Assembly: GCF_006345805.1 (NCBI RefSeq)
Contig: NW_021832633.1
Location: 1-53,802 of the forward strand
Direction: 5' to 3'
DNA from: Octopus sinensis
Lineage: Eukaryota
DNA: 53,802 nt
The position numbers and the translations under genes were made by a program. Shown here one piece after another: positions 25,941 to 38,366 of this stretch (positions are counted from its first letter, which is position 1; every line of letters begins with the position of its first letter). The notes under the pieces are model-generated. The model saw only the letters and a program-made list of their open reading frames with translations, made no database searches and was not told where the DNA came from.

Positions 25941-26523
25941 TAGCGGCATTTCGTCCGCCTCATTATTACTGTTAAAGCGGCGAACTAACAGAATCGTTGG
26001 CAAAATGCATAGTGGCGTTTTGTTGGTCTCTATGTTCTGAGTTCAAAACCCACCGAAGTCGACTTTGCCTTTCAACATTTCCGGGTCGATAAGATAAGTA
26101 CCTGTTCTGCACCAATATTATCACACGCATAACCACAAAACGCTACCATAAATGCTTCTAGAAGTACCGCAAGTACCACCACAAAAGAACTTCACAATCA
26201 CAAGAGACAACCCTAGAAATTTCGTTGACACACACACACATCAATACATGCAATCCCTATTTCTCTTTTCCCATTGCCACAAACCTACTAAAGTCGCCAC
26301 AATCTGAATTCCGATCAACATAGACATCTCCACGAACAAGACCACAATCGCCATTAATATCACCACAAACACCGCCACAAACACTTCCAAAATGGCCACG
26401 AACATTTACCCGAAGCATCATCACAATCACCATCGCAATCATCAGTAACATCACACGAAACACCATCACTACACACACAACAGCAGTCGATCCCTTCTGT
26501 CTCTATCACTATCGTCATCATTA

Positions 26524-26568
<45 letters not shown>

Positions 26569-27119
26569 TTCATCATCATCATCATCATCGTTGTCGTCAA
26601 TGTCGTCGTTGTCGTCGTCACCGTCACGTCTTTTAACAGGTCCGATAACCACCAACACACCCCATACGTCAGTAGATCTTTAACGAGACAGAACAATAGC
26701 ACTGGCTAAACTGCATAATGAAATTATCGTGGTCATAAATCTATCACATGATTGATCACACTTATACCCGGATGTCGACTGCATGAAAAGTAGACAACGA
26801 ACAAAAGGCGCAGTTAATAGCGAAACGTGCACAGACAGTGCTGGAAACAGTGGAACGAGATGTGGAAGAGAGAGAGGGACGAAAGGAAATATCGGAAAGA
26901 GAAGGGAATGGTGAATGACGTAGCAATTATCAAAGTGGGAGAATAAACGATTTTTGGAATGAACAGCAGTTTGTCTTTGTTTCTTTTCGTTCCTTTCTTT
27001 TTGTTCTTTTTTGTTTTGTTCTTTTTGCGGTCAGCTAGATAACCTGTGTAGAGGAACGTAAAGAGGTTTTATGTTAGGGACAATGTCAAACGAAGGAGAT
27101 AAGAAATAAATGGGACTGA

Positions 27120-27446
27120 TCAGAAAGAGAGAGAGAGAGTGAGAGAGAGAGAGAGGGAGAGAAAATGAAGAGAGAGAGAAAGAGAAGTGGGAGAGAGAGA
27201 GAGAGAGAGACAGATAGAGGAAGAGAAGAATCAGAGACAGAAAAGGAAAGGAATAAAGTGTACACGTGTGCGCCCTAATATGTGTGCCTGCGTATGTATA
27301 TATATAAAATACATACACACGTACATATGTATATATGTACAATATATATGTATGTTTTCATGCAAGTATGGAATGCATGCATATGTGTACACACAAACAC
27401 AACACACACATATATATATATATACACGTATACACACATATATACG

Positions 27447-27518
<72 letters not shown>

Positions 27519-27553
27519 TATATATGTATATATATATATATTATATATATACG

Positions 27554-27631
<78 letters not shown>

Positions 27632-27660
27632 ATATATAATATATATATATCATGCACACA
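27120..27660. repeat. (GA)n and (TA)n microsatellites
   Basis: Read directly. Confidence 0.92.
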
Positions 27661-28000
27661 CACACCACAAACAACACATGCGCACACGCACACACGTATA
27701 TTTGCATAATTAAGTGCGAACGTACAATACATGCACCATACATAAAATCACAGTACAAATTTGTTAGCGGGACAGGAAAACCGCATGAAGTAGCATTTTC
27801 AGTTTTTGTCGAGTTGACAAACGATATTATTATTAACGGAAATAACAAGAACAGCAACATTATTAACAAAACAAAAACAACAACAGCAACAGTAGCAGCA
27901 ACAACACAAACAACAACAATACCAGCAACAGCAACAACAACACAAACAACAAGCAGCAGCAACAACTGCATTCAAGTCATGTATACTCTTTTTTTTTTAA

Positions 28001-28402
28001 TTCTTTTACTTGTTTCAGTCATTTGACTGAGGCCATGTTGGATCACCGCCTTTAGTCGAAGAAATCGAACACCAGGATTTATTCTTTGTAAGCCTAGTAG
28101 TTATTCTATCGGTCTCTTTTGCCGATCCGCTAAGTGACGGAGACGTAAACACACCAGCATCGGTTGTCAAGCGATGTTGAGGGATGAACACAGTCACACA
28201 AACATATATATATATACATATACATATATACATATATACGACGGGTTTCTTTCAATTTCCGTCTATCAAATCCACTCAAAAGGCTATGGTCGGCCCGAGG
28301 TTATAGTGGAAGACACCTGCCTAAGGTACCACGCAGTGGGAATGAACCCAGAACAATGTTGTTGGTAAGCAAGCTACTTACCTCACAGCCACTCCTGCGC
28401 CT
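28001..28402 (-). mobile_element. Family B SINE with a short head duplication (~28403-28430)
   Basis: Same body as 23728-24141; cacagccactcctgcg occurs twice. Confidence 0.88.
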
Positions 28403-29355
28403 GGCTATTTACCACACAGCCACTCCTGCGTATAGTCATTATCACTACCAACTCTACTTAGAGCAATGAAATTCACCAACACCATTAAGATAACCGATTT
28501 CTATAACTCCACACTGTCAGACCAGCATAAACCCCCTCACTAGATCACACTCAGAAGATCAACCACCAACCAACACTTAAAAACAATTGTCATCTGACGG
28601 TAGTAAGAACGTCATGATCAGAGAAATGAAACAGCCATCGCCAATCACAAACATGAAACGATCGCAAAGGCAAGTCATAGTAACAATAACAATAACAATA
28701 ATTATAGTGACAATAGCAACTATGCGGGCAGCAGAGAGAGCAACAATAAACATGAAACTGTTGTAAAGACCAATAGCAACAACAAGGGCTAGCAACAATA
28801 ATATTAACAGCAACAATATTTTAGTAAATGTAACAAATACACTTTCTGCTTCCAAAATGGCAGTCGGTGGTAGGCAATTGTTTAAAATAAAATTGAAGTG
28901 ATTACTACGCAGTCTGTAAAACTCAAAAATTGGCCTACCCCATTCTCAGAGATACTCATTTGCACATACACACATACGCAAATACACACACACACTTGCA
29001 CAGGAACACACAGAAATACATACGCACATAGATGCAAAATAGACACACACGCAAAAGTTCACATGCCGATATTTTATTGTCAAAAGCAAATCGACAGACT
29101 ACCGAAGATTTGTCGGTAATTTGTGAATTTCCAATAGTGCAGAGAATATTACAACATATTTACAGCGAGAGATTTCACCCCAAACTGACCTTCTTAGATG
29201 TCCTACAAAGTCAGATTAAGCAAGAGCATGAATGAGAGTAACCAAGGCTAGTTTTATCAGAAGTATCGTTTTAACTCCTTCAAACTTAATGCAATTCATG
29301 CAGCTTTTCGAAAAACAAATTATTTTCCTTCTCACTGCGCTTTCGGAATACACAC

Positions 29356-29419
<64 letters not shown>

Positions 29420-29436
29420 CTCTATCTCTCTATTTC

Positions 29437-29481
<45 letters not shown>

Positions 29482-29492
29482 GATCTATTGTC

Positions 29493-29526
<34 letters not shown>

Positions 29527-29590
29527 ATATCTATCTATCTATCTATCTATCTAATTCTATATATCTATCTATCTATCTATCTATCTATCT
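29356..29590. repeat. (CTAT)n tract 1, left flank of LINE copy 1
   Basis: Read directly; abuts ctcgacatgg. Confidence 0.97.
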
Positions 29591-29812
29591 CTCGACATGG
29601 ACGGACGCTAGTCAAATGGGCTCCACGTAAGTTGGTCATTTTGTACGTTGAAAATTGTTTATTGTGAAATATTTTGTGTTTAAAAGTTGTGCAACAACAT
29701 CCACTGCAAACCTTGATTAATATCTACACAAAATTTTGCCCCTTGTGGGCAAAATTTAAAAGAAAAAATTCTCATAGCCTTCGTGGTTTCATTTAGCCAT
29801 TTTATTTCCAAA

Positions 29813-31670
29813 ATGGCCACTGGTCACCACGAGGCTGAGGTGCAAGTCAAGCGTGACGCAGAGGCAGAAAAACAGGATGCTCTGTTACCTTACGCTGAAC
29901 CTGACAACTCCGCCACCATCAACATCGACAACAGCAACAAATACAAAACAAAGGTCGCAAGGCCAAGCACCGTCAACACATCAGTGAGTCCACCACCACC
30001 ACCAACACCGACAACAACACCATGGCAGAATCTGCTACTAAAACTGCTATCCCTACTAAAGACGTCGCCACCAATAACAATACCAACATCACCATCACCG
30101 CCACCAAAGACCGTGCCGTCAATGCTACTAATACTACTAACACCACCGCCGTCACCAAGAACGATACAACAACAACAACAAAACAACAACAACGACGACG
30201 ACAACAACAATTCCCTTCAACCACTGCTCACTCCATCACCAACAAGTGAAAAACAAATAACGACACAAGCAAACGAAATGCCGAAATTTGCGCTAATGCA
30301 GGACTAAATTACGCAGGCAATTTTCCACCCCTTGCTAGTTGCATAATCAGCAACCACAAACCTACAACCCACACCCCTGCCATCAACACCAACACACCGG
30401 CAGTAACAACAATAACAAAACAACAACAAACTTCGCCGAGGCGATAAAAGAAAAGGTAACAAAAGTTTCGTTTACTACACAACAGATTAAAGATTGCAGA
30501 AACCTTATTACAAATCAAAACGGAAAAATACTCTTACACATACCTCAGCACATACTGAATGAGAGAAAAAAAAGACAATTGTATATAAAATCACAAATAA
30601 AAAAACAAAAAGTCCAGAAAAGGCAAGCACAGACAAAGTCGAAAAGTGCTTACGCCCCATCTGGGGATACAAGGATTGTGTGACTTGGGCGAACAAGTTC
30701 GCACACGTACAGGTGGTTTTTCAGAATGAAGAGTTGGCGAAGAAATTCTCAACGATAACCCTTCATTCTGATGAACTAACGTTGACACCGAGTTACCTCG
30801 GCCAGAAGGTGACGAAAGTCATTATCAGTGGTGTCCCCCAAGTGACTACAACACTGTGGATTACATCCGCCTTAACATCCGAAATGGAGGACTTAAACAT
30901 CCTAGATATCGGTGTTTCGGAAAACAAGGACTGGCTGGGAAAGAGAATAGAGTTCCTCTTCCACATAAGTCAAGAGGACATAAATAAAATCCCCACCCAC
31001 GTACATCTTGAGGATGGCCGCAAGTTATACGTAGTAGTCGAGGGCAGAAGGCCACGATGCTATACATGTGGCAGTGAGGCACACCTCAAAAAGGAGTGCA
31101 AATCTGCCGCAAAATACAACAACAACAACAGCCACAGGAAAAATCACAAAAGCCAGGATTATTGCCCACACCACAATATGGACAGCTAGTCAAGAAGCTG
31201 TATGCGGAAATGCAGGAAAAACAACAAAGAACAAGCCAACCCAACCAAACAACACCAACACCAGCGCCAAGAACAGAATCATCACCACCAACAACAAATA
31301 AACCAATTCCAACACCAAGAATAACAACGAAGAAGACAAGCACCAAGGATGTAGGAGAGACAATAACCACAACAACCCCCCAGCAACACCCTCCCCGCGC
31401 ACCACAACAATATCTACAACCGCACAAACACACCCAGACGCTTTACCCTTGCCCCCTGCTGATTCGTCAGACTTTTCATCTAACGATGAAAGTTCGACAG
31501 AATGGCAAATAGCCACAGGGGGTAAAAGAAAAAGATCAAGAAAAACCAAACAAGAAATCGCAACCAAAGCAGGGAGATACCTGAACCCTGAAAACTCCAT
31601 ACACAACAAAACAAGCACCAACACCACAAAAACAATGCTATCAGCGATAGACACAAAGACTCCAAACTAA
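29813..31670 (+). CDS. ORF1 (Gag-like nucleic-acid-binding protein), frameshifted in this assembly
   Basis: ATG at 29813, T/N/Q-rich N-terminus, RRM-like HVQVVFQNEELAKKF, zinc knuckle CYTCGSEAHLKKEC (CX2CX4HX4C, 31058-31099), EWQIATGGKRKR, stop TAA 31668-31670. Confidence 0.8.
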
Positions 31671-31918
31671 TGGAGTACATCACAGGATACACAAACATTT
31701 GTGAAGATGACTTTAAAAATAGCAATCATCCACGCACTACACCACCCAAACACATCAAAATACTACACATCACACAAACACAACACCACAAACTCAAAGC
31801 CCTCTTCCCAAATGCTGTAGGGGGTTTCCAGAAATATCTGTCCCAAAAACTATATAGAAACCTCCTCGAAAACACATCAAAGAACGAGGAAGCCAAAACT
31901 TTCGACACAAGTAAGTAA
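31670..31918 (+). CDS. 82-aa ORF overlapping the ORF1 stop via TAATG (separate small ORF, or the ORF1 C-terminus after a frameshift)
   Basis: MEYITGYTNICEDDF...KLKALFPNAVGGFQKYL...; open in both copies. Confidence 0.5.
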   Translation: MEYITGYTNICEDDFKNSNHPRTTPPKHIKILHITQTQHHKLKALFPNAVGGFQKYLSQKLYRNLLENTSKNEEAKTFDTSK

Positions 31919-31966
31919 CTCTCTGTACTTTCATTTGTGTTTTAAAGCACACACCCCAATAGAATC

Positions 31967-34900
31967 ATGGTCAAGATTGGTTGTGTGAATGCGCATGGCT
32001 TGGGGTCTCCTTGGAAACAAGGATACCTCCTAAATGACATCAAGTCACATGATTTGGGAATCATAGCCATAAGTGAGACCAGACTCCACGAGCCACGGGC
32101 CCTAAAGTCCATGTTTGGCGGACAGTTAACATTTATTTCGCTCCCTGTCTGCCGAGGATGGGCGGTAGTGGCACCGCGGTACTTTTTCACAAGAGCCTGG
32201 ATCTCGAAGTCAAGACGATATTCGTAGACCCGGAGGGTAGACTGATCGTTCTGGATGTTGACGGCAGCAATGGGTGCGCTTTTCGACTCGTATCAGTCTA
32301 CGCACCGCCCTTAACAGGTCGGGCGGATTTCTTTCGACGTCTAGAAGTATTCTTGGGAACGTCTCGTCCTTTACTCTTAGTGGGGGATTGGAATGCTACC
32401 TTGGACACGCATGTAGACTACGTGGGTAGAGACAGAAACAGAAGGGGATGCAAATGCCTCAGAGACCTGCTCAGACGATTCCAACTGTCTGACAGGTACC
32501 GACTCGACCACCCAAATGCACCAACGTGGACATGGAGCAACCGCAGTGGGTCGTCGAGATCGTATCTAGATAGGATACTGTGTAGGACAGTAGACAAGGA
32601 TAACTTAGGATGTCCACAATTCCACACAGTCAGCTACACGGATCACAAATTGGTGACGTGTACGCTAGACTTAGATAAGGCACATAGACAGGGTCCTGGG
32701 TACTGGAAACTGAACGCATCATTCCCGTCCAGACAAGTTTTCAGAGACCGGATTAGCACACTAGTAAAGAGGGCTTTGACGGGAGCCATCATCAACAACA
32801 AATGGTGGTTTGCCCTCAAGAGAGCAGTAAAAGCAGAAGCGATTAGGTACAGCAAAGCACTAGCCATAGATAGAAATAGAGTAGAGGTGAGCTAGTTAAG
32901 AAGCTAGAAGAGGCAATTAGAAGCGGCATCGCATCCGACGTTTTGGCGGCGAGGTTGGCCCTCGACCAACACTTCAACGCCAAACACGAAGGATGTGCTG
33001 TCAGAGCTAGGATGCGTGCTCTAAGGAACGAAGGTGTTGGAGCCGCGAGAGAGGCCCGGGTGGCAGAGGCGCAACAGGGCAACAAAGCCACCATTCGGTC
33101 ACTGGTAGATGAACAGGGGCGCGAATTGCTCGAGCCAAGTAAAATGTGTGAGGCCTTTCAGCAGCATTTTGCCCGACTGTTCGGGACGAGTGGAGGGCAA
33201 GAACGTAGGGTAGACTTCAGTGCCTACCTACATAGCCTGCCACGACTCTCGACAAGAAAGGCAGGGTGCTGCGAAGGTGCCATCACGGCGGCGGAAGTGC
33301 GGGAAGCGATGGCAGAATGCTCGAGGGACAAATCACCGGGTTTGGATGGTCTACCCTACGAATTTTACTATTGTATGCCAGACTTGTTTGGAGACGTCTT
33401 GGCAGCGGTATACTGCAACTGGCAGCAAAACGGGAGCATACCCGGTTTTGTGAGTCGAGGAGCTGTAACTCTGCTGAAGAAAGATCCAAACAAGGGAAAC
33501 ATTATAGATAACTTTAGGCCAATCACTCTGCTCAATGCAGACCTGAAAATTTTGACAAAGGTGTTAGCCAAGAGGTTGGCGCTTGTCATGGAGAAACTGG
33601 TCGACAACGCACAAACGTGCGCCGTGCCGGGCCGGAGCATCCATGACAACCTCCATCTGATGCGCTACATCATAGACAGGGTAGTTAACGAACCTGGCAT
33701 GGGTGGGGCCCTGATCAACTTGGATCAATCGAAAGCCTTTGATAGGGTAGACCATCGATACTTGGAGGCAGTCCTGAGAGCGGCTGGTTTCGGTCCCGTC
33801 TTCCGCGGCTGGATAGCTGCCTTGTACAGAGGCATCCGTTCGGTAATTCGCGTAAATGGACATCTATCGAGACCCTTCGACATTGCACGTTCGGTCCGTC
33901 AGGGATGCCCCCTCTCGGCGCTTCTATACGTATTGACTCTTGAGCCACTACTGCGGAAGCTGGCGACTCTGAGGGGCATCCCGCGAGAATTAGGATGCGG
34001 GACGAGCGTGTCTGCATACGCGGACGACGTCACCGTCATAGTGTCAAGCCACGAGCAGATCGAGCGGGTCGGCGAGACACTGAAAGACTACGAAGCAGTG
34101 ACAGGAGCAAAAATCAACCGGGAAAAGTCAGTGGGCTTGCGGCTCGGCACCTGGAGAAGCAAGCCCATGCCGTCCACCAGTACCTCCGTCGTGGGACGCT
34201 CGTTGAGTTGCTCGGGGTCTGGTTCGGTCCGGACCTCCAAATGGAGAAGAACTGGAACGAGATAACGAGTAGGGTGGTCACTCTCGCCCAGCAATGGGCC
34301 GAGAGGAAACTGTCCCTAAAAGGTCGGGCGGAGGTGGTGAACGCGTACATCGCGTCCATCATCTACTACCGCCTGACCGTCGTACCTTGTCCCGACCCTA
34401 CCATCACCAAACTAGAACGCATCCTCTTCCGCTTCTTGTGGAAAGGATGCGTCCCGATGGTCAGGCGATCCATTTGCTGTCAACACCCGTTAAAAGGAGG
34501 GCTGGGCATGCCGTGGTTGATGATGCGCAGACACGCGCTGAGACTGCGACATCTCCGGCTCTATGTAGACGACGGTGAACAGGTGTGGTCGCCGTTTGTG
34601 AGGCACGCATTCCCGCAACTCGTCTCCATGACCGAACTACAGTCGTGGATCAAAAAGAGGCCGAAGAAGGGCGAATGGCACCGCGAGTGTCGCGTTGCTC
34701 TCAAGCAACTCTGCCGTCCCGGGTCGACCTTGAGTGACTTCAACACAACCAAAGCATTCTATAGGGGATTAGTGGAGGGGAGGTACGACGACGAGCTCGG
34801 GGCAAACCTGGGCGTCGACGAGGAATACCTGACCCGCCTGTTTCAAACGACTTTCGGCCCGGGACCTATGGACAACTTCCAGAGATCCCTGGCCGGCGGT

Positions 34901-35387
34901 GCTACCGAGAAGCGCTACCCGTTCGGGATAAGCTCTATAGGCATGGCTCGAGAAACACGGGGCCGACCTGCCCGAGATGCGGGCAGAGCGACGAAACCGC
35001 TCTGCACGCAATCGTGCAGTGTCCAGCAATTTCCCACCTGTGGGCTTATGTCGAACGACTGCTGTCACGTGTGGGACGTGTCGGTTTATCAGCCGAGTCT
35101 ATCGTTAATATCGTCACGCCTCCTTCCTTCAAACGGGAAGGAAGAGCTATTTTTATCATACTTGTGGCTATGGCGAAAGAATGTATCTGGTGGACGCGTC
35201 TGAAAGGATTAGAGACAAACACTTTCCTCTCTGGTCAATCTCTCATCAACTTCTTCAAGTATTACTTGAAGAAGAAAGTGAGAGTAGAGAGGCAAGTTTT
35301 GTCTAGTGAATGTTTTAAAAAAATGGGGTGAATGTAGCAAGGATGGCACGTATGAATGACGAAGCCACCTTGACTATGATTCTATGA
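31967..35387 (+). CDS. ORF2: APE endonuclease, reverse transcriptase and C-terminal CCHC zinc finger, frameshifted
   Basis: APE motifs IGCVNAHGL, ISETRL, VYAP, GDWNA, YLDRIL, TDH. RT motifs SPGLDGLPYEFY, FRPITLLNAD, QTCAVPGRSI, LDQSKAFDRVDH, RQGCPLS, YADD (34017-34028). C-terminal CPRC-X8-H-X4-C at 34969-35022. Confidence 0.93.
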
Positions 35388-35799
35388 ACCGTAAAATTAA
35401 TACAGAGAGTTGCTTATTTGCAAAAAAAAAAAAAAAAAGAAATATAACATGTGACTTCATTGACCGAGGTTACCGTGGTCTTTTCCGTAGGCTTTCTTTC
35501 CACGGGTAAACCTCACCTGTCCTCCCCTTTACACTTCATATTGACATTTCTGTGATAACGATCCCTATTGATCAATTTTTTTCCTCTCCCCCTTTTTTTT
35601 AAACCCCCCCTTTTTGTCCTCTTTCTCTCCTTTTACGATCCCTTTTGATCGACCCCCCCTTTTTTATTTTACTTTTATTTTATTTTTTTTTTTTTTTTAT
35701 TTTATTTTTTATTTTTTAAACCTTCAAAAGAAAAGCTCTACCTTGTAATTTGTTCTATCTGTGTGCAGCCCTGTGTGGCTAATAAGAAAACATAAAGAA

Positions 35800-35862
35800 T
35801 CATATCTATCTATCATCTATCTATTTATCTATCTATCTATCTGTCTGTCCATCTATCTGTCC

Positions 35863-35916
<54 letters not shown>

Positions 35917-35927
35917 ATATCTATCTC

Positions 35928-35998
<71 letters not shown>
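35800..35998. repeat. (CTAT)n tract 2, between the two LINE copies
   Basis: Read directly. Confidence 0.97.
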
Positions 35999-36219
35999 CT
36001 CGACATGGACGGACGCTAGTCAAATGGGCTCCACGTAAGTTGGTCATTTTGTACGTGAAAATTGTTTATTGTGAAATATTTTGTGTTTAAAAGTTGTGCA
36101 ACAACATCCACTGCAAACCTTGATTAATATCTACACAAAATTTTGCCCCTTGTGGGCAAAATTTAAAAGAAAAAATTCTCATAGCCTTCGTGGTTTCATT
36201 TAGCCATTTTATTTCCAAA

Positions 36220-38065
36220 ATGGCCACTGGTCACCACGAGGCTGAGGTGCAAGTCAAGCGTGACGCAGAGGCAGAAAAACAGGATGCTCTGTTACCTACG
36301 CTGAACCTGCAACTCAACAAATCACAAACACAACAATACAAAACAAGGTCGCAAGGCCAAGCACCGTCAACACCATCAGTGAGTCCACCACCACCACCAA
36401 CACCGACAACAACACCATGGCAGAATCTGCTACTAAAACTGCTATCCCTACTAAAGACGTCGCCACCAATAACAATACCAACATCACCATCACCGCCACC
36501 AAAGACCGTGCCGTCAATGCTACTAATACTACTAACACCACCGCCGTCACCAAGAACGACAATAACAACAACAACACAACAACAACGAACGACGGACAAC
36601 AACAATTCCCTTCAACCACTGCTCACACTCATCACCAACAAGTGAAAAAATAACGACGACAAGCAAACGAAATGCCGAAATTTGCGCTAATGCAGGACTA
36701 AATTACGCAGGCAATTTTCCCCCCTTGCTAGTTGCATAATCAGCAACCACAACCTACAACCACACACCCCTGCCATCACACACCACACCACCGGCAGTAA
36801 CAACAATAACAAAACAACAACAAACTTCGCCGAGGCGATAAAAGAAAAGGTAACAAAAGTTTCGTTACTACACAACAGATTAAAGATTGCAGAAACCTTA
36901 TTACAATCAAAACGGAAAAATACTCTTACACATACCTCAGCACATACTGAATGAGGAGAAAAAAAAGACAATTGTATATAAAATCACAAATAAAAAAACT
37001 AAAAGTCCAGAAAAGGCAAGCACAGACAAGTCGAAAAGTGCTTACGCCCCATCTGGGGATACAAGGATTGTGTGACTTGGGCGAACAAGTTCGCACACGT
37101 ACAGGTGGTTTTTCAGAATGAAGAGTTGGCGAAGAAATTCTCAACGATAACCCTTCATTCTGATGAACTAACGTTGACACCGAGTTACCTCGGCCAGAAG
37201 GTGACGAAAGTCATTATCAGTGGTGTCCCCCAAGTGACTACAACACTGTGGATTACATCCGCCTTAACATCCGAAATGGAGGACTTAAACATCCTAGATA
37301 TCGGTGTTTCGGAAAACAAGGACTGGCTGGAAAGAGAATAGAGTTCCTCTTCCACATAAGTCAAGAGGACATAAATAAAATCCCCACCCACGTACATCTT
37401 GAGGATGGCCGCAAGTTATACGTAGTAGTCGAGGGCAGAAGGCCACGATGCTATACATGTGGCAGTGAGGCACACCTCAAAAAGGAGTGCAAATCTGCCG
37501 CAAAATTACAACAACAACAACAGCCACAGGAAAAATCACAAAAGCCAGGATTATTGCCCACACCAACAATATGGACAGCTAGTCAAGAAGCTGTATGCGG
37601 AAATGCAGGAAAAACAACAAAGAACAAGCCAACCCAACCAAACAACACCAACCACCAGCGCCAAGAACAGAATCATCACCACCAACAACAATAAACCAAT
37701 TCCAACACCAAGAATAACAACGAAGAAGACAAGCACCAAGGATGTAGGAGAGACAATACCACAACAAACAAACCCCCCAGCAACACCCTCCCCGCGCACC
37801 ACAACAATATCTACAACCGCACAAACACACCCAGACGCTTTACCCTTGCCCCCTGCTGATTCGTCAGACTTTTCATCTAACGATGAAAGTTCGACAGAAT
37901 GGCAAATAGCCACAGGGGGTAAAAGAAAAATTCAAGAAAAACCAAACAAGAAATCGCAACCAAAGCAGGAGATACCTGAACCCTGAAAACTCCATACACA
38001 ACAAAACAAGCACCAACACCACAAAAACAATGCTATCAGCGATAGACACAAAGACTCCAAACTAA
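36220..38065 (+). CDS. ORF1 of copy 2, frameshifted
   Basis: ATG at 36220, CCHC knuckle at 37449-37490, TAA at 38063-38065. Confidence 0.78.
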
Positions 38066-38316
38066 TGGAGTACATCACAGGATACACAAACATTTGTGAA
38101 GATGACTTTAAAAATAGCAATCATCCACGCACTACACCACCAAAAACTACACCATCAATACTACACATCACACAAACACAACACCACAAACTCAAAGCCC
38201 TCTTCCCAAATGCTGTAGGGGGTTTCCAGAAATATCTGTCCCAAAAACTATATAGAAACCTCCTCGAAGACACATCAAAGAACGAGGAAGCCAAAACTTT
38301 CGACACAAGTAAGTAA
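38065..38316 (+). CDS. 83-aa TAATG-overlapped ORF of copy 2
   Basis: Equivalent to 31670-31918. Confidence 0.5.
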   Translation: MEYITGYTNICEDDFKNSNHPRTTPPKTTPSILHITQTQHHKLKALFPNAVGGFQKYLSQKLYRNLLEDTSKNEEAKTFDTSK

Positions 38317-38366
38317 CTCTCTGTACTTTCATTTGTGTGTTTTAAAGCACACACCCCAATAGAATC

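Larger units (their letters stand above)
29591..35799 (+). mobile_element. Full-length Tx1-clade non-LTR retrotransposon, copy 1 (~6.2 kb)
   Basis: 5' UTR, ORF1 with CCHC, ORF2 with APE+RT+CCHC, and a pyrimidine-rich 3' UTR; both ends match copy 2 closely. Confidence 0.93.

Noticed and set aside
26780-27060. Coiled-coil-like frame (KVDNEQKAQLIAKRAQ...) and the strong pyrimidine tract ending at the 27033 AG
   Set aside because: There is no usable acceptor for the first, and only a very short, quickly terminating frame after the second; GA-rich bias explains the composition.
31911-31962. GTAAGT...AG intron fusing the small ORF to ORF2
   Set aside because: Either candidate acceptor (31947 or 31962) leaves ORF2 out of frame, and the introns would be only 37-52 nt.
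31919-31966. Stop-codon readthrough into ORF2
   Set aside because: The spacer is in frame only in copy 1 (48 nt vs 50 nt) and contains a second TAA.
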